From: Phoronis australis
Lineage: Eukaryota > Animalia > Phoronida
NCBI GenBank assembly: GCA_002633005.1
Contig: NMRA01000027.1
Coordinates: 1,545,490 to 1,609,489 of the forward strand
Length of the DNA: 64,000 nucleotides
Direction of reading: 5' to 3'
Positions 48,401 to 59,963 of this stretch are shown here, piece after piece. The position numbers were made by a program, and so were the translations under genes. Position 1 is the first letter of the stretch. The number at the start of each line of letters is the position of its first letter. The notes under the pieces were generated by a model that was not told the DNA's origin, made no database searches, and saw only the letters and a list, made by a program, of their open reading frames with translations.

Positions 48401-49553
48401 GACAAAAATCTTTCAAGTTCCTCAGGATATCCTCCTAAGATACTTTTAACTTGCATTAAGTGCCAGCCACTAGGACAAGCGCTCCCCTCAGTCTTTAGTT
48501 GAGCATAACCTGTGAAATACTTTGAAGTTATCTCAGGAGTTTAAAAAGTTAAGGGCGACCAAGAAGTGGAGTTGGAATTCTTCGCCAAAGTCATCTTAAT
48601 TCTGGTAAGTTAAAAATGACATATGAGTGTTTACGACCATATAAAATTAGGCAATAAAGAAACAGGTAAAAACATTCACAACCATTTTAAAATGTTTTTA
48701 CCTGTTTCTACATTGTTTAATTCCCATATAGACGGATGCTTCATTAGTAAGTATGCATAAAACCAGAAAGGATGGCTGAAGAAAGTTAACGATTTTAAGT
48801 GAAAACTTTAAGTATAAAATGTAACTTTGATCAGATGATAACCGGTTATTCGGTGACCCGATTTGGACTATCTTATGATTAATGAATATAGACTAATGGG
48901 GACTGTTGTAACCTCTCGCCAGCCAGTTGGGGGGCTACTCGGTGTTGCCTATACTACTAGTCACAAGCTGGGCCACCGTTAGGACAAACATAAAGATGAA
49001 CTTTTCATTCAATCAGTAGGCCCTACGTGTGCTAAAAGTCTGCTGGGTCCCGCATTTAACTTAGAACCAGTTTTCATCAACAAATGGCAGGGTCAATCAA
49101 AGTGGTTCTCAAAATGTGGGATCCACCAATCCAACCATTGCCAAAATATGACTACCTCTTTGAATTGGATTCCAACAGCTTCAAGCAACCAGGAAAGAAA
49201 AACTTGCCTATTAATGAATGTATGTCCTCCAAAACATCGAATCTTTCGAGTGAATATAGACTTTCCAATAAATTTGCGACGCAGTGGCAACTACTCTCCT
49301 CCCAGTTCTTCAAGAGAACTTCCATAGGGTCAGAGCTATTTTCCAACGTCTCAATGAATGTCTTGTCCTTGAAACCAAGGTAATAGGCAACACCGCGATA
49401 GTCTCGATGTAAGTAATTCGCATCTGGAACGGGAAGTTCGTTGTTCAACTGCTTCAGAGCATTTTGAGATCTAACACCCAAAATCCGCGGTTCAAATGAC
49501 CGAGACCTCTCAATCAAAGCCTTCAAACTTTCGCCCCAACAGGTCTCCATCAT
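36449..49553 (-). CDS. MyD88: Myeloid differentiation primary response protein MyD88 (death domain + TIR + C-terminal extension), about 422 aa; complement(join 49553..49208, 45780..45727, 42050..42030 [probable microexon], 41299..41131, 40014..39923, 37035..36449)
   Basis: Death domain RDYRGVAYYLGF...DPMEVLLKNW...LERFDVLEDI|EED. TIR box1 YHAFVCYAEEDLRFV, box2 LFLPERDLNIG, CHRMIVILSRSFLRSPACDFQVKFAHCLAPG|SHSKRMIPV, IPPVLKHVTLCDYT, box3 WFWSRL. All phases are compatible; the first donor is AG|GCAAGT. The linker exon structure is less certain. Confidence 0.92.
37098..38510. mobile_element. Tc1/mariner-like non-autonomous element in the last MyD88 intron
   Basis: TA|CAGTACAGCCACTGAATTTTTAGACT ... 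AGTCTAATAATTCAGTGGCTGTACTG|TA (26-bp TIR, 1 mismatch, TA TSD); subterminal tcacgc / ctccgg repeats at both ends. Confidence 0.8.
38800..38892 (-). mobile_element. tRNA-derived SINE head fragment
   Basis: Minus strand ggcagtgtgatagg (A-box-like) ... gaggtcgtgGGTTCAAGTCtcgctgggcca (B-box, T-arm-like), followed by cccttgag; no intact cloverleaf. Confidence 0.45.
44460..45031. mobile_element. Tourist-like (PIF/Harbinger) MITE with a nested MITE of about 125 bp at 44613-44738
   Basis: TTA|GGGCTGTTCCAGTAAAATCTATATGGGAGGGGGGGAAGGCA ... TGCCTTCCCCCCCCTCCCACACAGATTTTGCTGGAACAACCC|TTA; internal accaccc(g/a)taatttt repeats. Confidence 0.8.
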
Positions 49554-49644
49554 ATTCTAACCCCAGCTATAGTCCTTTAAAGGTTCATTTGGTGTCAGTC
49601 TTCTCACACACGCAACAGCCCGTACCCACTTTCGGTTGGACAAA

Positions 49645-49680
49645 ATGTGTCACTTCCGTGTTAATGACGTCATGTTAACA
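49645..49680 (-). promoter_or_regulatory. Putative MyD88 proximal promoter: CRE plus ETS site
   Basis: Perfect TGACGTCA (49665-72) next to CGGAAGTG on the minus strand (49651-58), about 100-120 bp upstream of the ATG. Motif match only. Confidence 0.4.
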
Positions 49681-50466
49681 TTGGAAAAGTGCAATCGGCC
49701 GATCATTGGAATTATTTGAAGCATGCTCACGCAAAAGAGCTGAAACCTTTGGATCAGTCACTGTTTATAATAGTTTGTTTGATGTGGGTACATTTGCAAG
49801 CTCAGTTCCCGACCCAGGTGTTTGATTTGACTGGAAATAAGAGCTTTTTATGCTGAAGCTCTGAGGCGGAAGTTGCGCTCTAAGTCTAAGTTCATTGGAG
49901 GTCACTAATGGAGCATGAAGTTTTTATACCTTTTTGTCATGTGTGAAATGCTTAAAAGACATGTTTTTCATTATTTCTTATGTGAAATTAAATATAAAGA
50001 GATTTTATGTACAATTATTTTCATTAAATGTTCATAATATTCTTCATTTAACGAAAATTGTGATTGATATTTATACAGAACTGTCCGCTCCAGACTCGGA
50101 ATCGCGATAGTTTTCCTGGCCTAATTATAGCTGATGACTCAGGTCTCCCGTTAGTTTTGTCGCATTCAGTCTCACCCGAAACTCAGCCCTTGTCGTGACG
50201 CCTCCGCCAGTTAAAACTAAAACGTTGTGCTGCCCTATTTTCATTCGACGACCAAATTGAAGTTATTGTCTTGCTTCTTGCTCAGAGGTCTGACCGTATC
50301 CAAGTAACGGGCAACCGAAGTAATAATACGGTGTCGGCGGCCGCCGGCCGCTTGCAATCCGACAACTGAAACGAGGCAAACGAGATGACTGCCTCGCCAG
50401 TCGTCCGGTCTGGCGTCATCGTTATCACATTGACCATCACCACCTCATCATCATCACTTTTCAACG

Positions 50467-50811
50467 TAGAAAATATATCTGAAACTAAATAAGGCGATCC
50501 AGATCCTCCCAAGGATACTATTGTTTCATGAAATGAAGAATATAAATCGGTAAATAAAACAACAAGAATGGATCAAGTGAAATTTCAGTGAAATTTTCGG
50601 AGGTAACAACTTCCTTTATCAACAAAAACAGAAATAACAAAATGACAATTGACATATAAGATATGGTGTATTACACCATATCTTATATGTCAATTGTCAT
50701 TTTGTGTTTGATTTTACTTTATTTCTGTTTTTGTTGATAAAGGAAGTTGTTACCTCCGAAAATTTCAAATTTCACTTGATCCATTCTTGTTGTTTAATTT
50801 ACCGATTTATA
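50467..50811. mobile_element. Palindromic (fold-back) element, copy A
   Basis: Near-perfect palindrome of about 270 bp at 50541-50811, with a perfect 33-bp x2 core (50638-50704, 1-nt spacer), plus a left outer end tagaaaatatatctgaaactaaataaggcgatccagatcctccc. Confidence 0.85.
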
Positions 50812-51169
50812 CACTTTTCAACCAAATTGAATTAGAGAATTAGGCTAGCTACTGTGTAACAATGAACGAGGACCTCCAGTATACATGTACATGTATGAGG
50901 GGCCTCAGTCAATTTGTACCCGCAGTGATTTCTCGAACCATGCACTGTCTTCAGCTCGCCCGCTCAGTTCTCATGTACATGGCTTACTGAAAGACAATTA
51001 AGGTGTTCCATCGAATATGAACCCCGGTGTGAAACAAATTTTCCTTGGTTGATTCATGCATTATACTTCGAAAAATCGAAAAAAATGAAAGCGAAGATTT
51101 TGCGGAGCGTATTCAATTTACTTGATTTTTAAGTAAGTGAAAATTCTCGTGCCACTGCAAAAACCATAG

Positions 51170-51935
51170 TTTTTCAGAGGCCCCTCTCTGGAAAGGGATA
51201 ACGGAAACAACTGTCGCTTTTTTCTCGAATTGTGAATGCCCTGACTGATCCTTCATGCAAATTGCTGCGCGTTCTTGATTTTTCAAAATATGACAATTTC
51301 TTATGCGGGCCCCACCTTAAGAGGCCATTGATGTCATAGTTCAAGTGGCCCCTTTTTATGTTTTTATTGACAAATTCATAAGGAGCCGCTCACTGATAGA
51401 ATGACCAATGTTGGACTTGATTTTCCAGTTTTTGTCAGTGAAATCGTGGAATGAACTGTTATTCTTTTCCAGGCGTAATATGATGCGCCTTTCATAAAGG
51501 TCCCTTTTCAGACGGGACCCCCTCGCGATGGAGCAGTTCGGGGGAAATGTCGCCTTTGTCCCGCTATACATGAAAATCCGACACCATGGGCGGCGCAGAC
51601 ACCGAGCTGAGTGGGCGGCTAAAGCCCGGCCCCCATGCCCCCCCNCACGGGCGGCCCAGCACTGAAAAGAGTGGGGCTATAAGCCCCCAGCCCCCTCATT
51701 GGTGCGCCGCCCAAGGACACTGAAAAATGATTCTCGAGGGAGGTCAAATTCATAAAAACACAAACATTTCGTGCACAGCACAGCCGTATCCAGACATTCG
51801 GCGCTACAAACAACCAAAAATGTGACAAAATACAGTAGGATTGATCGCCAACGAAAGGGTGGAATTTTGGAAAACGTGAAGATCTTTGTTTGTTAATTAC
51901 ACAAAAGGTCTATTTCCGATATAATAATTAGAAAA
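51170..51935 (-). repeat. Inverted copy of segment about 1380-1990 of the repeat at the window start, interrupted by a MITE
   Basis: ggagcagttcgggggaaa, ttcaagtggcc, gaaagggtggaattttg and aattacacaaaagg are reverse complements of sequence in 1380-1990. Confidence 0.75.
51585..51715. mobile_element. Dimeric GC-rich MITE with exact 5-bp TSD GACAC
   Basis: gacac|catgggcggcgca ... tgcgccgcccaag|gacac; contains a single N at 51645. Confidence 0.75.
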
Positions 51936-52240
51936 CAGACAATCGCCGCAAAATTAAAAAGTTCATGTTAACTCAACGTTTCGTCTTTTCATATCATATG
52001 ACATCAACAAGAAAATTACACACTAGTTACAGTAGGACAACAAGTGTCGATTACCATTCAAGTCACATCCATGTGGTGAAATGGGAGTGAGAGATTGTCC
52101 GTTTTCTAATCGTTACTATGGCCAAAAATGATGGTGACATCCAGAGAACGAGTGTGGTGGGGGGTTGCGATAGCAGGGGGCATGGCCGTGGGAAGCGGGA
52201 GCCGGAGGGGCACGGGCCCCCAAAAAATTTTCAAGCGTCA

Positions 52241-53639
52241 GGGTTAAACCGTGGCAACCGACATAGGCGTGGGGCCGCGGACAGTCGAGAAAAGAAAGAC
52301 TGCGAAATACGGATAAGAGAGAAAATTCAAGAGAACATTTAACAACTCTGTATCAATGCATGGTTTACCTTTTCAGGACCCTGGCCAGGACATGGTTGTT
52401 AGGGTACGCTTTTGCAGCACAGGTCGTCTAAACGCACTTCAAAACGTGCGCGAAATCAATCGTACATATTTTTCGAAAAAAGGAGAAAATTTGTAAAGCG
52501 AAGCTTTGGCGGATTGTACTATTTTACTTGATTTTTAAATTCAATAAGTCAATATTTCGAATGCAAAACTATATTTTCCGGATGCCCTTCGCTGGCAAGG
52601 GATAAAGGAGACAACTTTTGCTTTATTTTTCTCTCGAAACTGAAATTAAAACGAGAGGAAACTGAAATTGATGACCTGACAGATAAGATCAATTGCTGCG
52701 CATATCCTGATATTTGAAAATATAGATATTTTCATATTTAGGGGCCCCGCCCATGAAGGAGGCCATTGATGACATCCAAGTACCCACATGTGTGAAACAC
52801 TGCTGTCTAGGCTATTGTACATGTATTTATGATGACCGTGTACATGTCAAAGGGGGTACTCAAAGAACTCTCACAATCATAAACAAAGATTTCAACGGCT
52901 TTTTTGTTAGTGGAGTTCAAGTTTACCTCTTGAACTGTAATAGTTATCTATGAAATGAGCAAAAATAGACCTTAATGCCCCGTCTCCCGTATTCCCCCGG
53001 TTACCCGTCAAAAGTCTGCAAGCATGCACGCGGAAATTGCTTATAACATTCCGTTTTGATTACAGAATTTGTTTGTTTCTGATTTATTTGTTTATGCATC
53101 TACGAAAATTGATATATACATAGATGATTTTTTTGACAATTTGAAGCTAATCTTGTAAGAACTGATGATGTTTTAGTTAATGTAATTACAGTCTGAAATT
53201 AGAAAAACTCTATAATCCGATCCCCAAATGGTAAAGTACACTTATAGACGATTTTGTCACATCTAAAATAACTCTCAAATACATTGATGATATTCGGATT
53301 CACAAACCGTAGATAGAAATCACGTTTTAAAAATCCTCAAATAAATAAAATTGAATTCATTATTTGGAAAGGTTGTCTTTTCACTTCCTTGGTGATTTTA
53401 GTTTCCAGTAGTATTGAGCAATGAATTTTTGTTCTTCAAAACTTGCTTGTCCTGATTCGTGTGCACGTCATGACTGACGTTCCCACGTTAAAAATAAGAT
53501 GTAACCCTGCAGTAGGCCTGGCACGCAGAATCTCAGTGATCCACGGGCACTGAATTTGAACTCCAAACGTTCAGGAAGTGTGAACATGTTTGGGACACAC
53601 TATCCTTTTCCCCAGCCACCAGAAACTCAACTACCGGTC
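52241..53639 (-). repeat. Inverted, diverged copy of the 460-2313 repeat, lacking its about 1150-1800 segment
   Basis: See the 460-2313 feature. The paired ORF-track peptides 361..546(-) and 53556..53786(+) (FGTxYPFPQP) reflect the same homology. Confidence 0.8.
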
Positions 53640-54874
53640 GTGTTTCGACTTCGCATTTTGAAACAGCCCCAAAGGCACACCAGGGGGTTCGGGACCTCAC
53701 CTTTTCAAAAAACTCCTTCAAGGAATGACCATAATAAAATAAAAATTTCCGGTACGAGCAGCCTGTCTCAAGTGAATCACAGCTGAGCTGACCAGCAACT
53801 AGCTTTAGTTCATCGGGAATTTCGCCTATTTTCACACTGTTAGATCTCGGCCATAGCTATTTGAGGCAGCTCCTCGCTACCTGTACTGGTCCTAGGTACA
53901 TTCATTCTCTCCGTTTTGGTTCACGGTGACTCAACTCTTGATGGCTTCATCCCCGGGGGATAGCCCCAGGGACGGATTCAGTATTTTGAGTTGGGGGGGG
54001 GGCAAGGCGGAGTGTTAGCCAGGGGTTTACCCGTCAGAAATTCGCACCCCCGAACTGCCATATGGAATCTGGGAGATTTTTTACAGGGCCATGGCCCCTT
54101 GGGCACTCCTAAATCCACCACTGTGCCCCCACATAGGGCGGACGAGGGAGATTCGGTACAAATGTGTTGGCATCGGAAGCTCAGGGGTGAGGGGNCGGCG
54201 GTACAAATGTGTTGGCATCGGAAGCTCAGGGGTGAGGGGTGTGGGGGTGGTGGAGGTGGTGGCTATGGGGGGGGGGGGTAGTTTGGCGAATTTGAAAGGG
54301 TTTGTACCCCCCCAATAATTTTTGCCTTCCTAAGGGCCTGAGGGGGTAACTTGGCGGAGTCAAATTGGTTTGTGCACCCCCTGCAATAAGTTTTCTTTCC
54401 TACGGCCTGCATGACGAAATATTGCCTCCCAATTGGCCAGTTTCTTTTTTCCCCAATTCTTCATTCAACAGTTCTTCTTTCACGTGGGTTGCTTACATGT
54501 TGCAGCAAATTATTGGAATAGTTTACATGTACAAGCTTTTGATACCAGCAAACCGAATTTAACTTAGAACAAATTTTGCAGCAATGACCCGTCAAATCAG
54601 TGTGAATGCGTTGAGTTCAGTAAGTCAGATTCCAAATTTCGATGAGCAGTTAAAGTAGACTTTTTAGGACAAGAACCGTGAAATTCGTGCGAGCCAAATA
54701 GCAGTGCGCATTTTCTTAAATGCTGGGTTACGCCAGAGCATCAATTTCAAAGATTGTCTTAGTCAATTCGGGTTCGCGTTTAGGCGCAAGCCCTTTACTT
54801 CGAGCGTACTTCCGAATGTAGGATCGATGGGCATCCACCGTAAACATATTACGTATTTATCATAACAGGTACAT

Positions 54875-55182
54875 GTAAATAAAACAACAAGAATGGATCA
54901 ACTGAAATTTTCGAATGGAATAACGTCCTTTGTCAACAGAAACAGTAATAAATTATATCATTGAATTTTTTACGCAAAAATTCATCACACCATATCATAA
55001 ATGCCATAGTGTTTGATTTACTTTATTTCTGTTTCTGTTGACAAAGGACGTTATTACATCCGAAAAATTCAGTTGATCCATTCTTGTTGTTTTATTTACC
55101 TATTTATATTCTATATTTCGTGAAACAATATTATCCTAGGGAGGATCTGGATCGCCTTATTTAGTTTCAGATATATTTTCTA
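54875..55182. mobile_element. Palindromic (fold-back) element, copy B
   Basis: Palindrome 54875-55099 (gtaaataaaacaacaagaatggatcaactgaa ... ttcagttgatccattcttgttgttttatttac) plus a right outer end that is a perfect 44-bp inverted match to 50467-50510. Confidence 0.85.
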
Positions 55183-55524
55183 GGGTAATTATCAATTTTG
55201 TAAGAAATGGTGACATTTTAAAAATCTTAGAAAGATTTACATTTCGATACTTTAGTGACTTCCGCTTTTTCTGAAAGACTAGTTGAAATGTTCATTCAGT
55301 ATTCAATTAGTTAGCAAGCTGGCATTCGTAATAATCTGTCGCTAAATAATAAATTCGTTCGAGGCTTCCTACCGTGGGTTGAATTCTCTTTGCTTGTATG
55401 ACCCTCTTCTCGCTATCACGTGTATTTCACTGTTTGTTTCGCTACATGTACGTATATGTTCATTCCACTTGGCTGATGACAGAGCCTCTACATATAGGTA
55501 GTGCTTTAATTTCAGTTTTTGTTT

Positions 55525-56250
55525 GTTTAGCCAGCCAGCTGGCTGTATGAAGACTATCGTCAAAATACAGCTAGGTACCAGTGCGTGCATTTCTTCCATA
55601 GACCCCGAAAATTGCACACAGCCAGGGTAGTTCTGCTCGTCACCTCGCCGTGAAACTTGTATCAACACGTAAAGCTAAAGACCGGACGGCCGGGTGCATG
55701 CAAAATCCGTGGGAATCAACTCAACTAGTCCGTTACCGCCGTTTAAGTGAAAAACAATGCAATAAACGTCACTTTCTTCCGTAACTCTCCGCCTTTTCTA
55801 ACAATGAATAGTATGTCGTCATTTTGAAAACAGTACGCTCGTCTCACGCGCACGCGCCTTTCCTATTTTTTGCGACATCTCTCGGGAGATGTTAGATTGG
55901 CCGCAGCAGCAAAAATTCTTCTGGAATTCGGTTTTTCGGTATCAAAATTCTAAAAACTCATAATGAAGTGAAAACAGTTCCGATAAGTTGTTGTGACGTG
56001 TACGCAACCTCGTGAAAGAACAACAGTTGATTGAAGAATCGGCGAAAAAAGAAACTGGCCAATATTTCATGGCGCCGAAAGCCGTCGCTAAAGATAGCTC
56101 TACAACTTTAGCAGCAGAATAACGGTAGAACACCATTTTTTCCAACACCGTTAAATAATTTAGTTTACTCAAGGAAGACTGTAGTTTTTAATGACATTAA
56201 TTTTGTGTCAGATTTTATCGTACCACTTTTTTACCCACATCGGTGCCAAG
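55525..56250 (+). repeat. Interspersed repeat, contiguous version of 20555-20800 + 22280-22863
   Basis: Direct-orientation similarity; see the 20555 feature. Confidence 0.7.
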
Positions 56251-58144
56251 ATTCTTGTTTTTTATGCCTCTCGGTGGAGGGAGGGCGGGAGGGAGGGAGG
56301 GAGGGAGGGAGGGGTCAAACTCAGCTGCTAAATGGCTGTTTCTGAACCAGTTTTAATACCAGTAATATATGAAACAGTGTGCTAAAAATTCTACTTTCAA
56401 CCCTGAGTGAATACATTATTTCTTATTATAATATGAGAACATGTACTTTTTTAATTTACTGCCTCATCAGTCTCTCACCTGAGAAAATCCTGAAAGTGTA
56501 CACTCAACGTTATAAATCACCATTTGTGTCCTAATCCAAAATTTTCACTTTATCTCACCATTTCCCTTTAGGAAAACTTCCAAAAATTCAACCTTTACTT
56601 CATTTTTGGAATTGTCATTTTTTTTCTATTTTCTTCAAAAATATTTTTGCTACACTTTTTCTACCCCGTGGTGGTGCTATAATCAGTTTCATTTCTAGCA
56701 AATTACATTTTTCATTAAAATACTGGCAATTGTTCAGTCAAAGCTGCAGTGCATCAAAACATCTTAGAATACGATGCTCTTTTTGGGTGGTCGCCAACAC
56801 AACACTTCTCAGTTCCTATAACATTTGATGGAACGAAATTAATTAAAATTAGTTGAAATTTTAAACTTAAATTTAATTTTGTATAATTAAAAATGCACAT
56901 AATAATTTTTTATCATATGGTGTGCAACATAAGAATTTAAAAACATTGATCTTATTTAGGAAAATGAATAATTTACATGACCTCACAGGTTTTCAAGTAA
57001 ATGACAAAATACTCTGAAAAAGACTAGACTTCTACTTTTAGCTCCTTTTGAATTTACTTGTTAAGCAAATATTATTTTTAGAATTGTTTTAAAATCTTTT
57101 GGAAGAAAAGAAATATTTTCACTAAACTATAGTAATTCTTGAAGAGTTCCGTAATTTTCAAAGTAATAAGTTGCTTTCTTTTCAAAACCTCCTTTGTTCA
57201 ATTAGCTCCATGGGCAAAAATCTCCTGTCAAAAGTCGATGGTGAATTTTTCAATTGTTTTTATTCTTGGTGCAAAATATAATAGCTTGTGGCTTAGTGTC
57301 GATGCCATATTGTTAACCAACTTGTACAGAACTTTCCCTTTTGTTTTAGGAACACAGTAAGCTATGGATTGCCAAATACAGTTGTCTAAACTTGCCGTTT
57401 TCTATGGCCTGAAATTACTGGATGCTGTCTGCTGAAAAAACGCCATTTTTGAGGCTCTAAATTTTAAGTAACACGAGAACCGCCCAATCGATTTAAAATA
57501 TTCAAAAACTTTTGTATTTTGCTTTGCTCACCCTAGCACTGTATGGAAACAATGAAGAAAGGACAGACTTCTTCATCTCAGGCTTACGCTTCATTAGTTT
57601 CTCTACCTCTCTTCATGTACTCTCACCAGTGACCAGTTCCTTGTCTGTTTATCACTTTAATTAACTTAAGTTTCACTGTTATTAATAAAATACAATTATT
57701 CCAAGTAGTTTCACCACAACGAAGTGTTGCCTGCACAATTCATGCATAACAATTTTCGTGATAGGGGGTATAGGTAATTGCTCTTGTTCCAATCCAATTT
57801 TCAAGAGTGTACAAACACAACTAGATGCCCCCAGTTGCAGTGTGTTTGAAGCTCAAAGGAACAAACTCATCTAGCACTGCATCATCTATTATTTTAAGCA
57901 CAATGAAATAAATGTCAGCTGTGAAAAACAACGGTTTATTATTAGCCTTTTATTTGGGTTCATCATGAGTGAAAATTAGGAAAAAACAGAATTTCACAGA
58001 AAAGTAGGAGAAAATAGGAGTCTTTCAAAAATAGGAGAAAATAGGAAAAAATAGGAAACTTGACGCCCTGCAAGGATTTAACCAATATTCGCCGGCAGAT
58101 GGCGATGGTATAAATATTCACCGGCAGACGGCAGTGTTAACAAA

Positions 58145-58274
58145 ATGGCGCCAGCCATTACTTTGGCGGTTATTATGATCATAACTATTCTGTTTTACGC
58201 CAGCTGTTGTCTGGTAGAAGCGGAAAGTAATTACAAAGGCGATGACATTGTCCCACTTCCTCCAGATGTCCGTG
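58145..58274 (+). CDS. Probable first coding exon of a secreted or membrane protein (rest of gene not resolved)
   Basis: caaaATGGCG context; MAPAITLAVIMIITILFYASCCLVEA-ESNYKGDDIVPLPPDVR looks like a signal peptide with a V-E-A cleavage site; candidate donor G|gtaacg at 58275; CCAAT (58082) and TATAAA (58109) upstream. Confidence 0.5.
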
Positions 58275-59726
58275 GTAACGATTTTTTTCTCTTTGGTGTT
58301 TAGTAATTGCCAAGCCAAATGAATCCCCGCTCACAATTTTCTGATCCCTCCTCGCTGGTCCCCTACGGCTACGACTACTGCTGCCAGTACGCAGGTATCA
58401 CGCTGTGGCACGCGCTTTAGCATTGGTTGACGTAACCTCAGCAGTCATTGGTTAGCTTTAAGGTGGATTGGGAAAGATTTTTAGCCTTGTCAGGCTTGTC
58501 ATGCAAGTGGCGTGACGCCGCGTCGCAGCAACTATTTCGTTTCTGCTTGCTGTGATGAGTGTGATGTTTATAATAGCCACTTCAAGTGGCACTTGTTTAA
58601 AGCACAGGCGTCCTCTGGCAGCTTCCGATTGTCCCCAATACACTATATAATACTACAAGGTATGACACTTCGGACTAGAAATTCCACAGGTGCTTCACTT
58701 CAGCCGTCCATAGCAAACACAAAACTCAATAAATTTACACTAAACAGGGGTTCAACAAACCCTGAGGAATTGTTGTTTCTTCCAGTACCATTAATGATGT
58801 CCTGCTCTACTGAGTTCACAACAAATCTGCGGCCAAAGCACATAAATCTTCCTAAAAAGTCGCTTTAAAGCCTAATCCTAACCCAAACGAAGGGTATAAT
58901 AGAGCTAACCCTAAAATTGAATGGGGTGTAGCCCCAAGAGATCAAGATAGTCATCAGGCCCAAAACCTAAGATTGATGGTCAAACTATTTTTCTGGTGTA
59001 ATGCAGTGGTCAAATGAGGCCGCAAAGTAAGAAATAACGTTTTTTGAAACTCTGAGACAAGAAAATTGGTTAAGTTTGATAATTTTTTGGTTCAGCATAA
59101 AGAGGGGGTTTCAGAAAATATTAATATCAAGTAGCTTCAATTTTTAGTCAATTTGTAAGTTTTACAACATTCTGGTTCGTGGCAGCCATTTTGAAGAGGT
59201 ACTCGTCTATAGATCATAAGTAAAGAAGGTAGAAGTATGTAGCCAATTGCATAGTAACATGATGTGTTAGTATATATAGTCTTGCAAGATTTGCAATCTG
59301 ACCATCACGCGACATGCTTGATGACCGTCTGGTCTAGCGAGGTTCACAATCTCTGAGATCATACGAGGTCACCATGAATAATATGTAATACATACTACAA
59401 ACCTTGTGTTCTGGCTAACTTTCTCTTGAGTGATTTTATCATCTAAACAGCGCATACAGTGGATGCATGCCAGCGCTACCTGAAGGTCATCAATGCGATC
59501 TCAGATTGTGTTTTGACGACCTGTTAAAATTCCAAGTCACCATGAAGATGCCAGTTTGAGTATCGAAGTCAGACAGTAATTCCATCTAAACTAGTTTCAA
59601 TGTTTGCCCTTGTTTCCAAACTTTAAATTAAACCTCAGTTTTCCTAGCTTTACTATAACATTATGAATGTCCATTACCCGTCACAACAGGAGAGTGTTCT
59701 AACTTTGTTTGTGGTCAAGCGCTATA

Positions 59727-59963
59727 CAGTGGCAGATCTACGATTTCAGTAAGGGGGGCTTTAGGATTTGAAAGAATCCGAGGCGCGTAGCGCCGAGGAG
59801 AAGGAAGGTCGCGAGAGGGTTTCCCTCCTCCCGTGTAAGATTTTTTGGGATTTTTAGTAGCTAATTTCGTTTTTCTGGCGATTTTTTTTTCCAGTTTTTA
59901 TTGTTTATCCTGTCCCGAGGGGGGGGTTTAAACCCCCTGAACCCCCCTGTAGATCCGCCTCTG
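59727..59963. mobile_element. 237-bp MITE, copy of 17296-17531, exact 5-bp TSD CTATA
   Basis: ctata|CAGTGGCAGATCTAC ... GTAGATCCGCCTCTG|ctata. Confidence 0.88.

Noticed and set aside
54154-54239. 41-bp direct duplication
   Set aside because: The copies are separated by a single N (54195), typical of an unmerged contig overlap.
58690-58868. Second exon for the 58145 gene (attccacag acceptor, phase compatible)
   Set aside because: Weak pyrimidine tract and a featureless peptide; insufficient support.
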